Positions 13,096 to 25,089 of a DNA stretch of 64,000 bases are shown in pieces. Origin of the DNA: Negaprion brevirostris. Taxonomy: Eukaryota. The notes under the pieces are model-generated. The model saw only the letters and a list, made by a program, of their open reading frames with translations, made no database searches and was not told where the DNA came from. Numbering within the stretch: the stretch's first letter is position 1; each line of letters begins with the position of its first letter. The stretch lies in assembly GCA_030324005.1 (NCBI GenBank), contig JARDVH010000042.1, forward strand, positions 75,323,557 through 75,387,556. Reading direction: 5' to 3'. Position numbers and translations under genes: made by a program.

Positions 13096-13299
13096 TGTAT
13101 CATTCCACGATCAGCTGAAGAAACTCTCGAAATTACTTTGCAGCTTCAACACTACTCTTCTTTGAGCAATTTGAATTTTTAAAAAATGTACAAATTAAAG
13201 GGGCAGCCCCTTAAAGGGATATTAGAACAAAACCGAGGACACCAGCCGTCCGAAAAATAGATACCCACAACTTTATTCTTCAAGGCCCCCATCGCAATG

Positions 13300-13615
13300 T
13301 CAATCAAGCCCATGAAAGAGCTGTCACTCTGGACAGCTGCTGCCGGAAATGGCTGGAGACAGTTTGCAGGCTGCGTGCGCGGTGCTCACGGTCAGTTGAT
13401 CCAGCTCGCGCAGGCGCAGACGGTATCTCAGACTGGACTGTCGCTGAACTTTGAATCGCCGAAGAAGGGGCGTGGCAAGGTTGGTGGGCAGGGTCGGGAA
13501 AGAGGGTGTGGCCTAGGTGGTGAATGGGCGTGGCCTGGACAAGGAAGGGGCGTGGCCTGTGTAACGGTCGGAGTGGCAGCCGGAGGGAGCGGGGTGACTT
13601 TGCCGGTGTAGAGGG
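13300..13615 (+). promoter_or_regulatory. CpG-rich TATA-less promoter of NXNL2
   Basis: Sharp rise in GC and CpG against an AT-rich background. GC boxes GGGGCGTGGC at 13467-13476 and 13547-13556, TGGGCGTGGC at 13525-13534 and GGGTGTGGCC at 13504-13513. NRF1-like GCGCAGGCGCA at 13408-13418. ETS-like CCGGAAAT at 13343-13350. Confidence 0.8.
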
Positions 13616-13917
13616 ATGGTGGAGGTATTCGCAGGTCACACGCTGGTGAATAAAGACGGCGAGGAGGTGGACCCGGAGGAGGCCTTGAAGAATAAAGTTG
13701 TGGGTATTTATTTTTCGGGCGGCTGGTGTCCTCCGTGTCGGGATTTCACGCCGCTCCTGTGTGAATTCTACACGGAGCTGGTGCAGGACAGCGAGCCGGC
13801 CGCGCAGTTCGAGATCGTCTTCGTGTCTTCAGATAAGAGCGAGGATGATATGGTGAATTACATGGGAGCGATGCACGGAGACTGGCTGGCGCTGCCCTGG
13901 CAAGATGAATACAAACT
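13616..13917 (+). CDS. NXNL2: Nucleoredoxin-like 2 (RdCVF2), coding exon 1
   Basis: ORF MVEVFAGHTLVNKDGEEVDPEEALKNKVVGIYFSGGWCPPCRDFTPLLCEFYTELV...FEIVFVSSD...MHGDWLALPW is a nucleoredoxin/tryparedoxin-type thioredoxin fold. ATG lies in a GGGATGG context. The exon is 302 nt and is followed by a canonical GTAAGT donor at 13918 (phase 2). Confidence 0.95.
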
Positions 13918-14502
13918 GTAAGTACAGTAAATGCTGCACGCTGGCCCGACTACTGCTGATATAGTCAAAGTGCGATGGTATCTATTCCTACCAGGACAAG
14001 GAGCATTGGGGATGTGATAGAGCATTGCAGCCCATCGGGTCTGTGTAGAATTGGCAATAATCTTTACGCACTTAAGTTTACAGTCACGATTGAAGTTACT
14101 GTACCAGTGAAACGCTTTTAACATTAACTGATTCAGCATGCAAATAACCTCAGCCAATGTACACCCGTAGGTTTCTGCCTGATTTGTAGCTTGTGAAGCA
14201 ATGAGTCCCTTGACAGGCTGGTGCGATGAACCTCAAGAAACAATCACGCCTGACAGCCCACCAAATAACGTGCTCTCTTTTCTGTTTAAATGTGACTACT
14301 TAATGCAAGTGCGTAGCAGGAGCGTGGAACAATACCGCCCATCAAAGCCTCTTATCCTAACTTGAGTTTTATCCAACCTCTGTTATCCCTCGAGGAGAGA
14401 TTCTGCATGCATGTTATTTGTCAGCAATGCCTTCTCACGCTGTGCTTTGAGTTTTTTTTAAAAAACTTTTCCTTATGGCTCAACAGTTCAATTTAATTAC
14501 AG

Positions 14503-14773
14503 CAGTGTCTCAAATCTGGCTGCCCAAAATCCGGGGTTTCTGAAAACCAGATATTTTTTAAGATTGTGCCATGTATCAATGTTAATTGAGTAAATTTACC
14601 AGGATCGTTTGGCTAGGTGCTACATTGGCACAGTGTGGTGCCTGACTAATTAGCCCTTTCTCCACTTGTACACCTTTTCTATTCCAGCAGCCCTGACCCC
14701 CACTCGACCTGGAATCCGTAAGATCTAAAAGCGGCTTAGCCTTCGTTCTGAGGTCAACAGATTTGAGACACCG
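14503..14773. mobile_element. ~270-bp MITE in NXNL2 intron 1 (possibly Tc1/mariner-pogo type)
   Basis: 16-bp inverted termini CAGTGTCTCAAATCTG and CAGATTTGAGACACCG (one mismatch). A TA follows the right end; the left target site is unclear. Confidence 0.55.
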
Positions 14774-15273
14774 TACCTGTGTCTTGTTTGCATGTTCGGA
14801 AACTCCTTTGTTATATTGGAAAATCCCGGCCCAATCCCTTGTTTAAATGCTAAAATGTGTTTGAATCACTCTGCCTGAAATATTTTGTTTTAACGTGTCA
14901 CCAGCTAAAACATAATTTTCTTTTCTGCGAAGTTCTGTGTGTAAATGCTGCAATAACTTTCCACCATTGCTTAAAATGCAAACATACCGGTTTTGTCTTT
15001 AGTAAACTCTTTAGCAGTTGCACATTATGAGGGAATAAAAAGCTCGGAATGAAGCACGGCCTTTTCTCAAACAGGGTCTCTCCCTCCGTCAGCAGCGTAT
15101 TATCTGCTCTGAAATGGACTCTATCCAACTCATTTAATCTTATGAGGAAGAGTACCCTGAAAGATAAATAGTTTGAAACTCGGAAATACCCATCTCATTT
15201 TGAGTTCTCTTTTTATTATCCGTTACTGAATGATTCCCTTCTTTAAAATAAATTTTCCTAGTCCTTAAAAGCT

Positions 15274-15540
15274 CAAGACAAGCACCCAGGTTAGCGAATG
15301 AGGTTAAACTGAGGCTTCAGCTGATGCAATTTTTTAAAGCCATGTAGACCTTTTGGCTAAGGTGAAACGCAGGAGGCAATGTAATGCCTCATCCTGTCAG
15401 CTTGGATTTTGTTTGATCGAGCCCAAGATGGGATGTATATGCTGTCTTGTCAGCTTGGATCTGGTTTGTCCTTCACGTGGGGTCTCTGATTGGACTTGAT
15501 TGGCTTTTTGATTAGGAATAAAGCACAAAAAGGTACCAAA
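15274..15540 (+). mobile_element. Diverged, 5'-truncated relative of the U2-derived retroposon, in NXNL2 intron 1
   Basis: Same motif order as the 30071-30381 element: GCAATTTTTT, CCTTTTGGCTAAG (15349-15361), TCAGCTTGGAT twice (15397, 15450), GATCGAGCCCAAGA, GGAATAAA plus A-rich tail. Possible AAAAGCT target duplication (15267-15273 / 15541-15547). Confidence 0.7.
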
Positions 15541-17660
15541 AAAAGCTTATTAGAGACCACATAGAATTTGGTATTTTCCATGTGTTATCTTTATAATCTC
15601 ACTTATACTCCAAAACAGATGTTCATTCACTTTTTTAAAGTTGAGATCAGCTTTCAGGAAAAGGAAGTTGCCATCTTCCACGAGAATTAAAGTGAGTTCC
15701 TTCACTGTCACCACATGGACTGCAATGGTTCAAGAAGGCAGCTCACCGCCATCTTCTCGAGGCCAGTTCGGGTTAGGTGCTAAATGCTGGCCTAGCCATG
15801 ATGCTGATATCACAAGAATGGGTGAAAAACAAAATGTAGTTTTGGCCAGATGGGTGATTGTTGAATTTAGGAGTGGATGTACAGTATAGTAATCAATTTT
15901 TATTCAGAATCAGGAACTGCAACTAAAGCTGATGTGCTGGACAATCCTTTGTCTCAGTTTTCCTAACATATTTATGGCAACATCTTACTATACTGCAATC
16001 CTTAGCTATGTTACAGACATATTTTAGTTTTGACACTTGTTTCAGATTTAAGTAAAGAGCCAAAATAGTTGCAGGAAAGTAATAGAAAGTACATCAGGTA
16101 GCTGGTCCTTATGTGTTTGCAGCAATCATTCACTATGTGATAATTTGAAGTATTGAATATTTAACTAGTTTAATGTAAAACAGACTGGGGGACATTTCCC
16201 ATATGATGATTTTTTTGACCTCAGCTATACTGTTCACCAGTTGAATTCTTTTCTATAAGAAGAATGAATTTAATGCCAAAATGTTAGTACAAAGATAGAA
16301 ATGAAGAACCAGGATACTGAAATTTGAATTTTCTCTTAACACAGTTTCAGACCCAGCAAAGGAACTCATTAATAGATTTAATATTGTTCCTTTATATTTT
16401 ATACTCTATAAGCTTTTTCAGACAGTTCTGTGTATGGTTGTGTGTGTGTCCGTCCATCCACGAGGTCTATTCCTGCAAGACAAAAGTATTTCATTTACTG
16501 TAAAGTGTTTTGGGACATTTAGTGATTGTGAAAAGTGTTACGTAAATGAAAGTCTGTCTTTTCAATTTTTCTACTGGCCTCTTGGTTTTTCATGCTACTG
16601 AGCTATGAAGTATAGTTTGAGTAGTTCTGATTCATGAGAGGGAATTTAATAGTTTTGAATATTTTAGAAGGTGGGGGATTTGTGCCGATTGGTGACTGGT
16701 TCAAACTTTAATAAACTGCAGGAGTAGAGATTTAATTATAATTGTCATCTGAACCCTGAGATGATACAACATTGAAAGTGGTCTTTCATTAGTATGTGTT
16801 GTGGGCTTAAGAGATTGAGTTGTTTTATCTTATTCCTGATCCTTTATTAGTTGCTGGTAGCAGGCGTCAAGGTGAACTTTCTCCACAGTCAAATGATTGA
16901 CAGTGGTGTTGTGATTTACTGTAATCCAAGTTAAACATCTTTGCCTTTGAAGGAGACTCATAAGTTGCTCTACATTCAGTTTTAGATTTATTCACAAACA
17001 ATACAAATGTATAGCTTGTAAGCCTATAACTAGTGTTTCCAATATGTTTTTAAGTAATTATCCAATGGGTACCACCAACCTGCATACACTTACTCTTAAT
17101 TTGTACAATTAGCGACCCACAGTGGCTTTATCAAGCAAGAGCACTTTTAAAGTTTAAAGTTTATTTATTAATGTTATTAACACATTAATTAACACTGCAG
17201 TAGTTACTGTGAAAAGAAATGGTGAATAAGATCCCTTTCAATAATGGTTTTGAATACAATTCAATATGAAATGGAATCATCTATTTCATTCCTACTTAAG
17301 ATCACCGATTTTAGAACACAAAGGTTCGTCATTTGGTTCAACCGTCTGGAAGAACTATCCATTTAGTCTGATTTCCCTGTGCACTTTTAATTTTTCTTTA
17401 CAAATATTTAAAAGCATTTATGGAATCTACTTTCACTGCCATTTCAGGTAGGTATCTTAGCAACCCTCTACATAAAAACAAACCTAAATCCCTTTTTTCA
17501 TGTTTTAGATGATAAATTGATAATAAGAGCCTAGCTGATGATCTCTGGTTGCTGTTATAGTCTCTTGTATCCTCACAATGGCTTTGACCTTTCTTTAAAA
17601 TAAAGGAAAGAGGGACTTCATATAGTGTCTTTCAAGATCACAGAACATGTCCAATCGTCT

Positions 17661-17830
17661 ACAGAAAATGCTGGAAAATCTCGGCAAGTCTGACAGCATC
17701 TGTGGAGAGAGAATAGAGACAATGTTTTGAAATGTTGGCTCTATTCTCTCTCCACAAATACTGTCAGATCTGCTGAGATTTTACAGCATTTTCTGTTTTT
17801 GTTTTAGTTTCCAGCACCTACAGTATTTTG
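17661..17830. repeat. Long imperfect palindrome, probably inverted termini of a second Penelope-like family
   Basis: ACAGAAAATGCTGGAAAATCTC...GGAGAGAGAATAGAG mirrors CTCTATTCTCTCTCC...GAGATTTTACAGCATTTTCTGT (17661-17796). The centre AATGTTTTGAAATGTT fits CpG-decayed AACGTTTCGAAACGTT. Confidence 0.6.
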
Positions 17831-18149
17831 CCTTTATCTTAATGTCCAAACACCTTTCTGCTAATAAATTATTTTTGAATCATTGTTGTAATACAACGAA
17901 ACATGCATTGGTTTATACGCAGCAAACTTCACATGTAGCAACTAAATAAATGACTAGATCATTTGTTTTCTCAGAAATTGTGCCATTTGATCTTTTACAT
18001 CCACCTGAGAGAGATTTAATGCACTATCCAAAAGGCAACTCCAATAGGGCAGCACTCCTTCAGCATTGCACTGAAGTGTCATCCTGGATTATGCACTCAA
18101 TTCGTAACCTTCTGAGTCATGCAATAATGTTACCACTGAAATGTGGCTG

Positions 18150-19615
18150 ACACAAAGTAGAGCACCCAGAACTGGACGTGGCATTTAACTGTGATCAAAC
18201 CAATAATGTGTTTAGTATTACCCCTTTGTTTTTGTTCTCAGTACTACATAAAAAATTGAGAATCCTTTTTTTAACATCTTTATAAAACTGTCCATCTTCG
18301 TATTTAAATCTGTTTTGTTGCATTATTTCTTTACCATTCAGTGGGAATCAACGATAATGATAATACCTACTTCTATAAATATCATTAGTTTCCACATGAA
18401 CCACAATTTCTTGTAGTTCTCCTTTCATTCCAGAATCTTTTGTATTTGCTCTATGATTTTTCAAATCTTGGCACTTGGGAAGCAATGTCCAATTTGCATC
18501 TCTGAATGTGTCTACAAAAGAAGCTATCTCCATTCCCCTCGACAATAGAATTCACTTGCAGCACCTCTTCCTTGCTACTGGTACTGCTCCCCTTGGGTAA
18601 CTATTCCTCAGTTCCCATTATCATTCATGATTACCCTCCTTGTCACCCATTTTGTTTATCTCATTAGTCTTGCTGTTTAGTAAATCCGAGCATCAAGGAA
18701 TGATCCCAACATTCATCCACATTCACTCACTGTCAACAGTGACTGAGCACTTGGAAAATATGAGCTGATCAAAGAATCATAATAGATTTATGAAGGGTAG
18801 ATTTTGCCTGACATTTTTAGGATGTTACCAACATGGTATATAAGGAAGTACCTATGGATATTGCCTATGTGGACATCCAGAGGTCTTTGTTAATTTTCCA
18901 GGAGACAGAAAATAGGGAATGTTTTCTGTTTGGCAGGATGTAACAAGTGGTGTTCCACCAGAGATCTGTAGCAGAATTTTAGCTTTTCACCGTATTTGTT
19001 AATGATTTAGATGAAAGAATAGAAAGTCATATGTCCAAGTTCACAAATAACCTTAGTTAAGTGGTGCACTGAGTTACACAAAAGAAGAAAGGAAAGACCC
19101 TGGGATATGCAAAATGCTTTACAGTCAGTGAGTACTTTTAAAGGATAATCCTTATTGTAATATAGGAACGGCAACTACACAAGATAAATACAAGTCTTGT
19201 GGTTCAGGAAGTAGCCTCTGGCTATTCTGCCAGATAGCTCAACGTTCGAGTCCTACTCAAGGACTTGACAGCATTGGAAGACTCCTCACTGATACAGGCA
19301 AGCCAGCATATGTATTGGTGCTGGTGCCCAGTCCAAATAAATGGCGAGTGATATGATTAACTGTGGAGAAACAAAGGGTTCTAAATGCTCATGTTTGTAC
19401 ACAACTAAAAGCAATTATGCAGCCACAGAAAGCTACAGTTTGTACTGGCATAAGGAACATCTAATAGAATGTTAACCTTTATTTCAAGAAGGTAGCAACT
19501 GAAAAATCAGAACGTTTTGGATAAACTGAACAAAACCTTTGTCAGGCTCTGTCTAGAGTACTGCATTCAATTTTGGGCACCAAACTTAAGGAAAAATATA
19601 TTGGTGTTAATGGCG
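18150..19615. mobile_element. Cluster of old CR1 fragments and a SINE remnant
   Basis: Minus-strand IVVHVETNDI (CR1 ORF1 SGNH-esterase-like, 18348-18545). Plus-strand RT remnants VTSGVP.., FVNDLDE, SKF, LEYCIQFWAP (18750-19615). Confidence 0.55.
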
Positions 19616-20039
19616 CTAACCTTGCTGTGTTCCTGAAATTGTTTACAAGCTCTTTACTGCTAACCTGCGTTACCAAATTTTGTCCTTAGCAGTTTTGACA
19701 TTATAATACCAATATCTGAGATGATATTCATGTTGATAAAAGCATTGCGCTTAATACTGACTCCAAGGGGAATATAACTGCATACCTCCAGTTAGAAAAC
19801 TGGCCATAGTGTTAACTATTACTTTATTTTCGTAGGGCCAATTTCCTATTCACATCGTCAGATTTTCTGTTTTCCCTGATGCTTTAATTTTATCAATTGA
19901 TCTGCTGTGTTGCACTTCATTAAATGCCTTTTAAACCCCACATGAACACTATACATCGAGTTTGCATCATCAGTAGTTTTTTTGTGACGGGTTCTATTAA
20001 ATTTGCTAGACATAACCTACATGGGAGACCAGCATGTTA

Positions 20040-20314
20040 TTTTGATTTGATTTATTATTGTCACATGTATTAGTATACAGGGAAAAATATTGTTTCTTGC
20101 ATGTTGTACAAACAAAGCATACCTTACATAGAGAAGGAAACGTGAGAGTGCAGAATGTAGTGTTACAGTCGTAGATAGGGTGTAGAAAAAAAGCAACTTA
20201 ATGCAAGATAAGTCCATTCAAAAGTCTGACAGCAGCAGGGAAGAAGCTGTTCCTGAGTCGGACTTTCTCCCGATGGAAGAAGGTGGAAGAGAGAATGTCC
20301 AGGGTGCGTGGGGT
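20040..20314 (-). mobile_element. Rex1/Babar-type LINE 3' end, inverted relative to the adjacent copy
   Basis: Reverse complement of ~21220-21518, including the TTTGATTTGATTTATT tail. Confidence 0.7.
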
Positions 20315-20591
20315 NNNNNNNNNNNNNNNNNNNNNNNNNNNNNNNNNNNNNNNNNNNNNNNNNNNNNNNNNNNNNNNNNNNNNNNNNNNNNNNNNNNNNN
20401 NNNNNNNNNNNNNNTACTTATGCTGGCTGACATATAATGCCCTAAATAATGTGATCTAGGTTCCAACAATTCCTATAAATATTGTTGCCCTCTCTTTTGA
20501 ATTAATTACTGAAATTATGACAAATGTTAACATGTAGCTGAACAATAAGTATTGGAGTGCTGATAGTTAACAATGTGCTTTATAACCAGAG

Positions 20592-21518
20592 CTTTGCTGA
20601 CGACACCACCGTAGTGGGTTGGATCTCAAACAATGATGAGACAGAGTACAGGAATGAGAGAGAGAATCTGGTAACTGGTGCGGCAACAAAAATCTCTCCC
20701 TCGATGTCAACAAAACAAAGGAGGTTGTCATTTGACTTCAGGATGCACAAGGAGAACATGCCCCTGCCTACATCAACGGGGACAAAGTAGAAAGGGCTGA
20801 GAGCTTCAAGTTTTTAGATATCTAGATCACCAACCTGTCCTGGTCTCCTCTTCACCACCACCACTGCACGCGCGTGCGCGCACACCACACTCCTCCTCCT
20901 CCACACACACACACCAACNNNNNNNNNNNNNNNNNNNNNNNNNNNNNNNNNNNNNNNNNNNNNNNNNNNNNNNNNNNNNNNNNNNNNNNNNNNNNNNNNN
21001 NNNNNNNNNNNNNNNNNNTGACATGTCAGCTACGACCATTGAAAGCATTTTTTCTGGTTGTATCACAGTTTTTTGTATGGCTCCTGCTCTGCCCAAGACC
21101 GCAGGAAACTACGAAAGGTCATGAATATAGCCCAATCCATCACGCAAACCAGCTTCCCATCCATTGACTCTGTCTACACTTCCCACTGCCTCGAAGAAGC
21201 TGCGAGCATAATTAAGGACCCCACGCACACCAGACATTCTCTCTTCCACCTTCTTTCTACGGGAAAAAGATACAAAAGTCTAAGGTCACATACCAACTGA
21301 CTGAAGCACAGCTTCTTCCCTGCTACTGTCAGACTTTTGAATAGACTTACCTTGCATTAAGTTGATCTTTCTCTACTCTCGAGCTATGACTAACACTACG
21401 TTCTGCAGTCTCTCATTTCCTTCTCTATGAATGGTATGTTTTGGCTATAAAGCACGCAAGAAACGATACTTTTCATTGTGTGTTAATACATGTGACAATA
21501 ATAAATCAAATCAAATCA
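20592..21518 (+). mobile_element. Rex1/Babar-type LINE 3' fragment
   Basis: FADDTTVVGWISNNDETEYRNE, then YGSCSAQDRRKLRKVMNIAQSIT...IIKDPTH...GKRYKSLRSHTN, and tail ATAAATCAAATCAAATC. Contains a gap. Confidence 0.8.
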
Positions 21519-22164
21519 GTATTGATCTTATTTGTGCAAGCCTTTTAAAAATATATCCATGTTATTAATTACATTTCTGCCATGGTATCACCTAAGTATC
21601 ACAAAGCAAAACAGATTTGGAAAAAATAATGGGAGATAAAATAATTTAGGTGAAAATTCTAAGGTACAGGTGTTCTGAAAATTGAATTATAACACTGTTT
21701 TTCTGATCCAACTATCAAAATGATGTGAACATTTGTATACTATTTCTATATTTCTAAATTCTTTCTTTAGACGAGGGTGTTGCTGGCTGGATCAGCGTTC
21801 ATTGCCTATGCCTTGCCCTTGAGAGGGCATTTAGAGTCACATTGATGTGAGCCTAGAGGCACATGTAGACCATGCACTATTGTTGGTAAATTCTGCTAAG
21901 GAAGACTACCAGCTGTAGAAATGGAAGTCAACAGAGAGAGGTAGATTTCTGCAGAGGAAAGTTTGTGTATTTAGCTGTAATATTTTATAGCTATATTTTC
22001 CAAGATGTTATAAATTCACTTGTTAGTTTGCTGGGTCAGGAAGCAACACATCTGTCAAAATTAATTTCAGCAACTTTAATCTGTAGTGCTTCTAATTTTA
22101 GATTAGTGACTGGAAGGTTGGTGAGAGGGAGAAGTAATTTGGTTGATCTTGCATGGTTCACTTC

Positions 22165-22492
22165 TAGAATTGTAGAATCAATATAGTATAGAAGGAAGCC
22201 ATTTGGCCCTTTGAACCTGAACCGATAACAATCCCACCCAAGCCTTATCCTTATAACCTCACAAATTTACTCTGCTAATCCCCCTGACGGTATGGGTCAA
22301 TTTATCACGGCCAATCCACCTAACCCACACATCTTTGGAGTGTGGGAGGAAACCAGAGCACCTGGAGGATACCCAAGCAGACACAGGATTAATGTGCAAA
22401 TTCCATACAGACAGTCACCTAAGGGCGGAATTGAACACAGGTCTCTGGTGTTGTGAGGCAGCAATGCTAACCACTGCACCACTGTGCGGTCC
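22165..22492 (-). mobile_element. HE1-like V-SINE
   Basis: Reverse complement of the 32368 family. Confidence 0.75.
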
Positions 22493-25089
22493 ATTGATTG
22501 ATAGTGATGTCTTTTCTACTTGTTGAATATCTGAAACCAAATTAGCATGCTTAACTGAACAGAAAATAGTCATTTATAGTTTAAAATTTTGCATTCTGGA
22601 ATTACATGTATGGCATTTTGGGTGTGATGTTGCTATACACAAGGTGTTAATGTTTTAAAAGATAAATTATTAATGAAAATCAAACAGCTTTTTTTTTCAA
22701 ATTAAAGAGTAGTTACAATGTACATATTGCAAGCTTTCAGGCTTATATCACCCCAAAGTTTTCTATTTCTGTATCCATCTCTGTAATGTTTTCTACTACC
22801 TAAAATGTGTTTCTGCAGAAGGGTGATTTGATAATTAATTTTAAACATGTAATCTTTGGCCTGGATTCTCTTACTTGCAGCAGGACTAATGGTGGGATTT
22901 TCTGGTTGTGCCTGCCCTGAGATTGGAAATTCCCAGCGAAGGTCAACGGACCTTTAGGTAGTCCATTCCGCACATGAGCGTTCCTGCAGCAGGCAGGACT
23001 TGAAAACGTACCCATAGGTTGTAAGAGTTGCTGAAGCACAGCAAGGAGTCATTCAGCTCACTAGATCCATGTTGGTTGTCTGTGGAATGATCCACTCTGT
23101 CCCATTTCCCCTCTCTATCTCCATAATTGTGCAAGTTTATTTCCCTGGAATGCCTGAACTGTTTTTTTTTTAAAATTGTGGATTGTCTTTGTTTCTACTA
23201 CCCTGGTAGACAGTGACTTCCAAGTCATTACCACTCGCTGTATTTTAAAATAAATTATTCCTCAGTTTGTCCCTTCTGCATATATTGCCCAGTACCTTAA
23301 ATCTGTGTGTCTTGTCCTTGCACCATCAGCTAATGGGAACTCTTGTACTGCTCCATCAGATTTCCCATAACTTTTGTTGCTCCAAGGAGTAAAACCTCAG
23401 CTTCTCCCTTATAGTTAGATTCCATTATCTCTGTAACCATTCTGGTAAATCTTCTCTGCATTCTCTCAAGGACCTTTGTATTCTTCCTAAAATGTAGTGA
23501 CTAGTCTACACTTTTGTTCTCAATCCCTCTACTTATGAAGCCCAAGATCCCATACACTTGCTAATTATTTGCTCAATTTGTCCTACAGCTTTCAAAGATA
23601 TTTGCACATGATTCCCAAGGTCCCTCTGCCCTGCACACACTAGAACTGTATCATTAATTATTTTTGCCTGTCCTTAATCCTTCTGCCAAAATGCATCATT
23701 TCATGCTTCTCAGTATTAAATTCAATCTGCTGCTTACCTACCCATTCTGCCAGCCTATTTATGCCCTGTTGCAGTCAATTAATACCATTCTCACTGTTTG
23801 CTACGCATCCAAATGTTGCTATAACTGGCAAATTTTGAAAACTTATCCTCTATTCCAAGTATATCAATAAAAGCAGTGGCCCTAACATTGATCCTTGGAC
23901 ACACCTCAGACTATCATCCTTCAGCATGGAAAAAAGTCATTTTCTATCTTCAAACCAATAGTTTTCATTAAAGCTGCCACTAGTTGTTGTATTCATTGAG
24001 CCTCAACACCATTAATCAGCTTTTTATGTGGTACTTTATCAAATATTTTTTCTTAAAATCCATTCCTTTCCTTAATCAACCTTTTCTGTTATTTCATGAA
24101 AAACTCAATCTGTGTTTTAACAAATTCATGCAAGTTCCCCTTAATTAACTCAAACTCTTCAGATGCCTAATAGTTTTCTGGATTATTGCTTTCAAAACTT
24201 GCACACCACTGATAAGCTGACTAGCCTGTAGTTATGATTCCCTAAGCCTCTGGCTCCTCCTCATATCTAGGGAAGATTGGAAGATTATGGCAAGCCTTTC
24301 CAATATCTCCACTCCCACTTTCTTTAGAAACGTGGAATCAAACCAGCTGACCCAGGCAGCCTTTCCAATGCCTCCTTCCAGTGCAATCCATTCATGACCT
24401 CTACCTTGTCTTCTACTGATACTTTCTTGGCATTTTGTTCTTTAGTAAACACTAACACAAAACACTCATGAGGTATTCTAGTTTTGTCTTGTGCTTCTAA
24501 GTACATATTGCTTTCTTTGTCCCTAATAGGCCCCACTCTGACTTTCACTATTCTCTTATTTACATGCCAGTAGAAGATTTTTGCTGTTTATTTTGATTTT
24601 AAATGCCATTCTATTTGCATATTATCTCTTTGATAGTCATACTTTCCTCTTCACTTCCCAAATCTTCTTACTTAGCCAGCTTATTGCTTAAAAAGAATTC
24701 ACCCAATTTCCTCTTTGTTTCATCATATTCTGTATCTACCTTGTTGTGCAAGATGGCTTGGATTTAGCACTCCTATTTTTCACAAGAATGTATCCAGTCC
24801 GTACCTGAAATATCTATTCCGTAAAGATCACCCATGATTCCATTAGTTTTTCTGTCAAATTTTGGTTCCATTTTACCCTGCTAGATTCATTCATTTAGTT
24901 ACAGTTTTTAAAAGTTAGCTGTCCTTCAATTTAGAAGCTCTACTTTAGATTATGTTTTGCTCTTCTCCATTATTAATATAAGCCTTCTTATATAATGATT
25001 ACTCTTATTTAAGTTACCTCCCACAGATCCTTGTTCAACTTGGCCCATTTAGTTTCTCAGCCCAGATCCAACAACAACACCTTGCTAAA

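Noticed and set aside
13297-13639. Overlapping ORFs on both strands upstream of NXNL2
   Set aside because: These are by-products of the GC-rich promoter with no recognisable protein similarity.
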